Below are positions 8,461 to 15,937 of a DNA stretch of 64,000 bases, piece after piece. The translations under genes were made by a program, and so were the position numbers. Source of the stretch: Promethearchaeati archaeon. GTDB taxonomy: Archaea > Asgardarchaeota > Heimdallarchaeia > Heimdallarchaeales > Heimdallarchaeaceae. The DNA is taken from positions 128,001-192,000 of the forward strand of contig JABLTJ010000002.1 of the NCBI GenBank assembly GCA_013166775.1. Reading direction: 5' to 3'. How positions within the stretch are numbered: position 1 is the first letter of the stretch; each line of letters starts with the position of its first letter. The notes beneath the pieces are model-generated. The model saw nothing but the letters and a program-made list of their open reading frames with translations. It was not told the origin of the DNA and ran no database searches.

Positions 8461-10392
8461 TCAATTACTCTTTTTTGCCCATGTATCTCTTAGTGTTATT
8501 ATTCTGTTAAAGACTAAGTTTTCTTTTGTGGAATCAACTATATCAATTACAAAGTAGCCATTTCTTTCGAATTGAAATCTTGATCCTTGTTCCTTATCCT
8601 TTAGGAATGGTTCCACATAGGAGTTCAGAATAGTTATAGCATTTGGATTAAGATAATCAGTAAACTCTTTACCTTCCTCAGTTTCCATTGGATTCTCTTT
8701 TGTATACATCCTATCATATAATCTTACTTCGGCTTCTAAGGCACTATCTGCTGATAACCAATGAATAGTTCCTTGCACCTTTCTTCCATCTGGGGATTCT
8801 CCTCCTTTACTTTCGGGATCATAGGTGCAATGGATTTCAATTATATCTCCTGTTTCTCTATCTTTAACTACATTTTCACACTTTACGAAATAAGCATATT
8901 TCAGTCTGATTTCTTTTCCTGGAGAAAGACGATAATAATCTTCGGGAGGATTTTCCATGAAATCTTCCTTTTCAATATAGAGGTTTTTTGTAAAGTTAAC
9001 TTTTCTAGTCCCCATTTCCTTATCAGAAGGGTGATTTGGTACAGTAAATTCCTCTATTTTATCATTAGGGAAATTTGTGATAACAAGTTTGATTGGATTA
9101 ATTACACTCATTACTCGTGGGCATCTTTTATCCAAATCATCTCGAATGTAGTGCTCAAAGATTGACATATCTATTAGTTTATCTCGCTTAGTGAAATTTA
9201 TTGCTAATGAGAAATTACGTATAGCTTCAGGAGTTATCCCTCGTCGTCTCATACCTGCGATTGTTAACATCAATGGATCATCCCATCCTTTAACATAACC
9301 CTCTTCAACGAGCATACGTAAACGTCTTTTACTTCCCACCATATATGTGAGATTCATTTTCGCAAACTCTATTTGTTGAGGATGGAAAATAGGATTACCA
9401 TCTTCATCGTCTAGTTGATCCAAATACCAATCATAGAGAAGTCTATGGACTTCAAATTCCAAAGTACATATTGAATGAGTTATTCCTTCTATTGAATCTT
9501 CCAAACCATGAGCCCAATCATACATTGGATAAATGCACCACTTATCACCAGTATTAGGATGATGAGCATGAAGTATTCTATACACTATAGGATCTCGCAT
9601 AAGCATGTTTGGATGAGCCATATCTATTTTTGCGCGGAGAACTTTTTCTCCATCTTTGAATTCACCATTTTTCATCCGCTCAAACAAGTCAAGATTCTCT
9701 TCAATTGATCTATTTCTGTAAGGGCTTTCTTGTCCAGGTTCTGTTATTGTTCCTCTCATTTCTCTGATTTCTTCTACACTAGAATCATCTACATACGCTA
9801 AACCTTTCTTAATCAGCTGAATAGCATAGTCATATAACTGATCGAAGTAATTGGATGCAAAAAGCAATCTGTCTTCAAAATCAACTCCTAACCAACGTAC
9901 ATCTGCAGTTATAGATTCAATGAACTCCTCTTCTTCAGTAATAGGGTTTGTGTCATCGAATCTCAGATTGAATTTCCCACCATATTCCACTGCGAAGTGA
10001 TAGTTCCTATTTATGGAATAAGCATGACCAATATGTAACCAACCATTTGGTTCAGGAGGAAAACGTGTATGAACTCGACCACCATATTTGCCTGTTTTCA
10101 TATCCTCATTGATTATTGTTCGTATGAAATCGACATCCTCTTCAGTATCTTCTTCTACTTCCTCCAATAATTCTGGATACTGCTGTTGTGCTAGTTGTTG
10201 TATCTCAGATGAGTTTAATGAATTGATGTAACTAACTTTCTTAGCTACAATTGCTTTAATGTTCTCTATATCCTTTCGCAGTTCAGGATTGGATTTAGCA
10301 ATTAATCCTATAACTGCTCCAACAACTGCTTCACCATGCTCTAAAGCATTTAGAACGGTGAACTTTTCGCACAACTTTTCTAGTGATGTCAT
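8461..10392 (-). CDS. glnS: Glutaminyl-tRNA synthetase (bacterial-type core) with archaeal GluRS-like N-terminal domain
   Basis: DFIRTIINED..TRFPPEPNGWLHIGHA, LRFDDTNP, YPMYDWAH, Gln-specific HSICTLEF, VGSKRRL (KMSKS equivalent), beta-barrel anticodon domain ending FQFERNGYF...FNRIITLRDTWAK. Confidence 0.93.
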   Translation of the reverse strand: MTSLEKLCEKFTVLNALEHGEAVVGAVIGLIAKSNPELRKDIENIKAIVAKKVSYINSLNSSEIQQLAQQQYPELLEEVEEDTEEDVDFIRTIINEDMKTGKYGGRVHTRFPPEPNGWLHIGHAYSINRNYHFAVEYGGKFNLRFDDTNPITEEEEFIESITADVRWLGVDFEDRLLFASNYFDQLYDYAIQLIKKGLAYVDDSSVEEIREMRGTITEPGQESPYRNRSIEENLDLFERMKNGEFKDGEKVLRAKIDMAHPNMLMRDPIVYRILHAHHPNTGDKWCIYPMYDWAHGLEDSIEGITHSICTLEFEVHRLLYDWYLDQLDDEDGNPIFHPQQIEFAKMNLTYMVGSKRRLRMLVEEGYVKGWDDPLMLTIAGMRRRGITPEAIRNFSLAINFTKRDKLIDMSIFEHYIRDDLDKRCPRVMSVINPIKLVITNFPNDKIEEFTVPNHPSDKEMGTRKVNFTKNLYIEKEDFMENPPEDYYRLSPGKEIRLKYAYFVKCENVVKDRETGDIIEIHCTYDPESKGGESPDGRKVQGTIHWLSADSALEAEVRLYDRMYTKENPMETEEGKEFTDYLNPNAITILNSYVEPFLKDKEQGSRFQFERNGYFVIDIVDSTKENLVFNRIITLRDTWAKKSN

Positions 10393-10466
10393 ACATAGAT
10401 TCTGAAGAAAGGGAAATAATAAATTTTTAGTCTAATGTGTTTTTGAAAAAAGAAAAAAAAGGATGA

Positions 10467-11627
10467 TTATTTCTTCTTTAAGGAAATAATAACCAAGCTA
10501 ATAAGAGATAGAAGTAAAACACCTAAAACTATTGAAGAAAATTCAGGAATAATTACTATGGAATTGAGAGGGTAAGGATCATTGTTATTAGCAGTTCCAT
10601 CAATATTATAGACTCCAGGACCTACATAGTCATCCCAATAGTTACCTTCATTTGTAGCAACATCGTACCATGTGGCATTTTGTGTGGTCAATACTGCATC
10701 ATCCTCTGCTTGTACACCTCCACCATTATTTCCTATAAAGTTATTATGATGAAGAGTACAAAAATCTACACCGGCTTCTAGATACACTCCATAAGAAGTA
10801 GTGTCTTTAATCAGGTTGAACACATAAAGTCCATTATGAGTAGATAGAATTTGGAAACCGTAGGCACCATTTTTTAGTACTGTATTATTTTCTGCAACTA
10901 GATCATTCCCATAATAATGTCCAAATCCTGCATAACTGTTGTCAGTACAATTATTGTAACGAAATGTATTAGAGTGGCTAAAATCATTTCTAATTCCCCA
11001 GGCATTTTTTTCACATTTATTATTCAAAAACAAACCATCGTTTGAGTTATTATCGATGAAAATTCCTTCATCACCATTATTCTTACAGATATTATTTTCT
11101 ACCCACAATACTGGACACTTATCCAATCTAATTCCTGTGTGGAAATTATTAATGCAATCACAATTTATTATTGTGGCTCCATTGCATCTAATAAGATAAA
11201 TACCCACACCATCCCCACCAAGAGTATTAACACAAGTGCAATTATCAATTGTAACTAAACTGGGATAAGCATCAATAATCTTTATACATACTTCTGCAGC
11301 AGTTATCCAACAATCACGGATAATAAACGAAACATTAAAACCTGTACTACCACCACTTGCATCGATTAGAATTCCTATAAGACTACTAGTAGTTATGTTA
11401 TAGTTTTCTATTATGTATGGATCACCAGGTATTCCGTTGCCAGGAAATGAACTGAATCCAGCATCAGTTGTTATTACAATTGGATCATGGTCAATTAAAT
11501 CATTCAATATAATAGGATCAGATATACTTTGATTCTTCGCGTCTGAAGAGTATGATGTAATGGTTAGTAACAGCAAAACCAAAACTACCCAAAATAACCA
11601 TTTAAGTTTGTTAATCTTTGTTTTCAT
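10467..11627 (-). CDS. Secreted right-handed beta-helix (NosD/CASH) surface protein with PEF-CTERM-like anchor
   Basis: Signal peptide, GxGxxxDPYIIEN motif, parallel beta-helix repeats, GNYWDDY; ends IPEF + TM + KKK. Confidence 0.85.
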   Translation of the reverse strand: MKTKINKLKWLFWVVLVLLLLTITSYSSDAKNQSISDPIILNDLIDHDPIVITTDAGFSSFPGNGIPGDPYIIENYNITTSSLIGILIDASGGSTGFNVSFIIRDCWITAAEVCIKIIDAYPSLVTIDNCTCVNTLGGDGVGIYLIRCNGATIINCDCINNFHTGIRLDKCPVLWVENNICKNNGDEGIFIDNNSNDGLFLNNKCEKNAWGIRNDFSHSNTFRYNNCTDNSYAGFGHYYGNDLVAENNTVLKNGAYGFQILSTHNGLYVFNLIKDTTSYGVYLEAGVDFCTLHHNNFIGNNGGGVQAEDDAVLTTQNATWYDVATNEGNYWDDYVGPGVYNIDGTANNNDPYPLNSIVIIPEFSSIVLGVLLLSLISLVIISLKKK

Positions 11628-11762
11628 TTAATTTTCTCCATTAGGATGAATTCTAAAAGCAATTTAGGGATTTCATATTTATAGTTTCCTTGAAAACTTA
11701 CATACCGTAAATCTGCACAAAAGATTTATTTGTTAGAAGAACCTACATATAAGTTGATTAAA

Positions 11763-11939
11763 ATGCCAGAACTTCCAACAACAGTTTATTGCTTTGCTTG
11801 TGGAGAAAAATTCACTAAAAGTGATCCTGAAGGATTTGAACCATGTCCCAGCTGTGGAAAGGGTTTAACAGATTTATCTGAAGATGCTCAATATGCAGTA
11901 AAGATGGTTATGAAATCAATGATAGAACATTTTCGATAA
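11763..11939 (+). CDS. Small zinc-finger protein
   Basis: CFACG...CPSCG; ATG 11763 preferred. Confidence 0.65.
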   Translation: MPELPTTVYCFACGEKFTKSDPEGFEPCPSCGKGLTDLSEDAQYAVKMVMKSMIEHFR

Positions 11940-11984
11940 GTATTCCAATACTTAATTTTTTTCTCTATTTCAATAATATAGTTA

Positions 11985-12998
11985 TCAAAGAATTAAATCC
12001 AGAAAGTTGAATCTGTTATTCATACCTATAAACACTATTAGAGCACTGAGAACCACAAAAGTTAATACTATTTGGATTATATATAACCTACTAATTTTCT
12101 TATATTGTCTAGTAGAAAATGTACCTCCTTTTACAAAAGATTGTGAGGTCCAGAAGATCATTGCACACGAAGCATAGATTGCTATTACATTCAACACTAG
12201 GAGAATCAAAGACCCAATCGCACCTTCTATTGTAGCCTTACTAGCTAATAAAACACCCACATTAGCTGCTGGTGGGCACAAAGATGCAGCAACAGCTACA
12301 CCCACAATTGCTGTACTTTCTCCGCGCATTATAAAAATTCCAGCTGCTAGTCCACTTGCTATTGCAAAGATTATATCACCATAATTTGGTACAGTTCTTA
12401 TTGTAACTTGATTACTGTTTAAGATTAAATCAGGATTGGAATAATTGTAAATCAAACCAACAATTAACCCAAAAAGAATTATGATGATTAATCCTGTTAC
12501 TTCAGCAAACATAGCTTTTCTAGAATAGATATTCTTTGGAGTCATTGTACCAATAACTGTCAGAGCTATTGGATTTAAGAGTGGAGCAATAATCATACTA
12601 GCGATCACAATAATTACGTTATCATAAATTAATCCAAAAGATGCTAATGCTCCTGCTAAGATAATTAGACCAATAAATGTAGGATTAATCATACCTAATC
12701 CTTTGATATTTGATATAATCTCATCAATACCTATTCCTCTACCTTTATGAGCAAATTCCTTAATTTTAGATCTAATTGCAAATGAAACTGGTGTTACAGT
12801 TATACTTCCAAAAACTGTTCCTACACCAACTCCTTTTAATTCCTCTAAAAGAGTTGAAGTATGATGATTTTCTATAACTGTTTCCAATGTAGCTGTATCT
12901 TCAAAAACTGAAAGGTTGAACGATATGTTTAATTTCTCTTCAAGTTCTCTAACAATTTCCAGCTTTTCAGATGGTATGATTATTTTTACCTCTTTCAT
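11985..12998 (-). CDS. DUF389/TIGR00341-family membrane protein with N-terminal PII-like domain
   Basis: IASMIIAPLLNP and VGVAVAASLCPP motifs; start ATG 12998 after GAGGT. Confidence 0.85.
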   Translation of the reverse strand: MKEVKIIIPSEKLEIVRELEEKLNISFNLSVFEDTATLETVIENHHTSTLLEELKGVGVGTVFGSITVTPVSFAIRSKIKEFAHKGRGIGIDEIISNIKGLGMINPTFIGLIILAGALASFGLIYDNVIIVIASMIIAPLLNPIALTVIGTMTPKNIYSRKAMFAEVTGLIIIILFGLIVGLIYNYSNPDLILNSNQVTIRTVPNYGDIIFAIASGLAAGIFIMRGESTAIVGVAVAASLCPPAANVGVLLASKATIEGAIGSLILLVLNVIAIYASCAMIFWTSQSFVKGGTFSTRQYKKISRLYIIQIVLTFVVLSALIVFIGMNNRFNFLDLIL

Positions 12999-13208
12999 GG
13001 TAAAACCTCTATTGTCTGATATTGATATTATTAATGATGAACCTTTAAAAGTCTTGCACAAATAAACGGTGCGAAAAATAAACAAGAAGCCTTAAAATTT
13101 AGGAATTATGATGTTAGAGTGGGATATTAAAACATTTCTTTCAAACATGATTAATTCCATTACTGTGAAAAATATGAAACGAGAAATGAGATAAAATGTA
13201 GTCTTCAA

Positions 13209-13382
13209 TTATCTGCCATTATTGTATTTGTATAACTCATAATTGAGTTTCTTTGTATCATTATCCATATAACGAGGATACTTCTTCAGAATTTTATCTA
13301 ACTCTCTATTAAGACCTTTAAGTTGTTTATCCATCTTAAATAGAACATTGTTCATTTCTTCAACTAGACTCTTGGAATCCAT
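13209..13382 (-). CDS. Small coiled-coil protein (57 aa), not in ORF track
   Basis: MDSKSLVEEMNNVLFKMDKQLKGLNRELDKILKKYPRYMDNDTKKLNYELYKYNNGR; TATAAAAA about 25 nt upstream (leaderless-type layout). Confidence 0.5.
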   Translation of the reverse strand: MDSKSLVEEMNNVLFKMDKQLKGLNRELDKILKKYPRYMDNDTKKLNYELYKYNNGR

Positions 13383-13451
13383 ATTAAAAAGATGTAAACT
13401 GTTTTTTATAGAATTAGTATGATAAGGAAACTACCGTGGTAATACAAAATG

Positions 13452-13637
13452 CTAGATTTCTTCTGCTTCCCTTTGACCTGTAATTGTTGTTCTGATATCA
13501 GGAGATAAGCAGTTTGGACAGACAGTTTTAGTTATAAAAATTCCATCTACTTCTTCCTTTAGTACTTTCTTTTCTTCATTATTAAATCTTAAATCGCAGT
13601 TATTACAAATATAAGCATCTGGTCTTTGGACTGACAT
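13452..13637 (-). CDS. Small zinc-ribbon protein
   Basis: CNNC...CPNC; AGGTGA SD. Confidence 0.7.
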   Translation of the reverse strand: MSVQRPDAYICNNCDLRFNNEEKKVLKEEVDGIFITKTVCPNCLSPDIRTTITGQREAEEI

Positions 13638-13787
13638 TACGTCACCTAAAAGACAGTTACAGTTCTGAAATATAACTTTTACTCTGCTTTTTCTTCTTTC
13701 TCAGATAGATTATTGCTTATCCAAGAGATAAAGTTAAGAACTCTCTTTGAAAAAAATAGGATAGGAGGAATATAGGAAAAAGTCTAA

Positions 13788-14924
13788 TTATATACAGCGG
13801 TGCACTGCCGATGAGCCTATTTCTTTATATTCTTTCCTCGTTACCCAAAGTTTGTTAAATGTTTTTAGTGAGCCAAGGATACTTCCTCCAATCCATACAG
13901 AATATCTTCTTTCAGGAGGAGCTATTATTCTTACTTCTGCTGTTTCAGGTACTAGTTCTGTCAATTCTCTATGCAATCTCTCCTTTAATCCAGGAAACAT
14001 TGTTGTTCCTCCAGATAAAACAATATTCGAAAATAGATCTCGACGAAGATCTACATCACAGTTTTGTACCATCTGGTAGATTAGTTCATCTAAAGGAGCT
14101 TCTTCTGAACCTACTACTCCTGGATTGAATAGTAATTCAGGTGCCATGAATCTTTCCGGTCCTATTGTAAGATTTTCTCCATCAGGTAAAACATATTGCT
14201 TCTCCATTCCAGAAACTTTCTCAGAGAGTTTGAGTTCCTTTTCCGGATCAAGTGCAACATAGCATAATCGTTCTTTCAAATCACGAACAATTTCCCTTTC
14301 AGCACTGCTAGTTAGAGAATATCCTCTTTGTTTAAGCAAAGTACGTAAATAGTTAGTTATATCTCTTCCACCAATATCTGTTCTATGTATTGCATGTGAG
14401 ATTGCAAAACCTTCATAGACAGGTACAACGTGAATTACACCGTCTCCTGCATCAACAACTATTCCTGTTGTTCTTCCAGATGCATACAGAGATAGTATTG
14501 CCTGCATCGAGATGTAGAGAGCTGGCACATTGAATGTTTCAAACATTAGTTCTGCCATTTTCTCTTTGTTTCGATTATTGTTCAAAGGTGGTTCAGTCAG
14601 CATAGTAGCATGCTCATTGGGATTTACTCTCAAATCATTGTAGAAGGTGTAATGCCAAATATTTTCCATAGCTTCCCAATCTTTCACTTGTCCATGTTCA
14701 ACAGGATAATTAAGCTTAAGAATCCCTCGAAGATTCATTGCTTCCTCTCCTATGTAGAATTCTCTTACCCAACCCTCTACATCAGGCATAACTACTGGAT
14801 GCTTAGGATATCCTATGATTGTTGGGAATACACTTCGCGGTTGATCTTCACCAGCGAAACCGTTTTTAGTGAAGCCTGTACCGTTATCAATGACCAGAGG
14901 CATGGTATGGAGTTCCTCAGACAA
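13788..14924 (-). CDS. Asgard actin (lokiactin-type)
   Basis: VIDNGTGFTKNGFAGED.PRSVFP, YPVEHG, LTEPPLN, LSLYASGRTTGIVVDAGDGV, NIVLSGGTTMFPG, APPERRYSVWIGGSIL. TTG start with AGGAGGT SD. Confidence 0.97.
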   Translation of the reverse strand: MSEELHTMPLVIDNGTGFTKNGFAGEDQPRSVFPTIIGYPKHPVVMPDVEGWVREFYIGEEAMNLRGILKLNYPVEHGQVKDWEAMENIWHYTFYNDLRVNPNEHATMLTEPPLNNNRNKEKMAELMFETFNVPALYISMQAILSLYASGRTTGIVVDAGDGVIHVVPVYEGFAISHAIHRTDIGGRDITNYLRTLLKQRGYSLTSSAEREIVRDLKERLCYVALDPEKELKLSEKVSGMEKQYVLPDGENLTIGPERFMAPELLFNPGVVGSEEAPLDELIYQMVQNCDVDLRRDLFSNIVLSGGTTMFPGLKERLHRELTELVPETAEVRIIAPPERRYSVWIGGSILGSLKTFNKLWVTRKEYKEIGSSAVHRCI

Positions 14925-14950
14925 ACTAAATACCTCCTATGGTCATTAAT

Positions 14951-15856
14951 TTACTTATTTTTATCTTTGTTTTCATCCTTTTTTTCTTTCGCTTTCTTCT
15001 CATCTTTCTTCACTGCCGCTTGTTTCAATTCTTTTTCAAAAGCAACATACTCTTCATGTTGTTTTTCTGCTTTCATTTTTCCTTCAATTTCTTCAAGTCG
15101 TTTTTCAAGTCTATCAATATCAAGTTCTTGAGCTGACTCTCGTTCACGTCTAGATAATTCTGCTTCAACTGAGTATAGTAGAAACAGCTCTTGAAATACT
15201 TCTAAAAGTTGATCAGTTCTATAAGGATTCTTCAAGTTCTGCCAATGTTTCAGATTATCTTCAATCTTTTTCTCCATGGTTGACCGTTTAGGAGAAAGAT
15301 CTTCCACGGTTTGTTGCACTTTGGTTTTCTTAGTTTTTTGGATGTATTCTAGAGTTGTAACATTAGTCTTAGGAGTTGACTTATCTTTAGTTTTTGCAAG
15401 TTTTTCTGCTAAAAGTACATCGTATGATTTGTCTTCTGTAACAATATTTCTTGAATCAAATTCTCGATCAACCGAAGGCATAATAGCACTCTCTAGAGCT
15501 GCTAGTAGTGGACTATAGTAATTTCGCTGATATCGAGTCTGAATACTATCACGTATTCTTTTCAATTCTTGAATTTCTAAATCCATAAGTTCGGAGGGAG
15601 AATATCGTCTAGTACGATCCTTAATTTGTTCATGAATATCTGAAATTTCTTCAGGAATTTTTTTGTCTGTGTAAGTAGATTTCAATATTTTGCTTTCCAT
15701 TTTATCAATCCTACCTTGTAGTTCTGAAATTCGTTTAGCTCGCGATTCTAATTTGCTCTGTTCTTCTTTCTTACGCTCACGATAGGCCTTTTTTCGTTCA
15801 GCGTCAGTAGCATATTTTCTAGGTCTTCCAGGTCCTTTTTTTTCTTCGCCTTTCAT
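14951..15856 (-). CDS. Putative DNA-binding protein: AT-hook + bZIP-like basic region/zipper, C-terminal coiled coil
   Basis: KKGPGRPRKY followed by DAERKKAYRERKKEEQSKL, then L/I heptads; ends 26 nt upstream of actin. Confidence 0.7.
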   Translation of the reverse strand: MKGEEKKGPGRPRKYATDAERKKAYRERKKEEQSKLESRAKRISELQGRIDKMESKILKSTYTDKKIPEEISDIHEQIKDRTRRYSPSELMDLEIQELKRIRDSIQTRYQRNYYSPLLAALESAIMPSVDREFDSRNIVTEDKSYDVLLAEKLAKTKDKSTPKTNVTTLEYIQKTKKTKVQQTVEDLSPKRSTMEKKIEDNLKHWQNLKNPYRTDQLLEVFQELFLLYSVEAELSRRERESAQELDIDRLEKRLEEIEGKMKAEKQHEEYVAFEKELKQAAVKKDEKKAKEKKDENKDKNK

Positions 15857-15869
15857 TTTAAATCACTTT

Positions 15870-15937
15870 ATTTTCGTCTCGAGACAATAAACGATTCACT
15901 TAATCATATAAAAATATTTTTGTCCAGAGACGAAATT
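15870..15937. promoter_or_regulatory. Promoter of the AT-hook/actin unit, flanked by two inverted palindromic boxes
   Basis: TTTCGTCTCGAGACAA (15872-15887) and TTGTCCAGAGACGAAA (15920-15935) are 14/16 identical as inverted repeats; a minus-strand TTTTTATAT TATA-like element lies between them. Confidence 0.65.

Noticed and set aside
8461-10392. Ordinary archaeal GluRS
   Set aside because: Only the first ~80 aa look GluRS-like; the active-site motifs (HSICTLEF, YPMYDWAH) and C-terminus are GlnRS-type.
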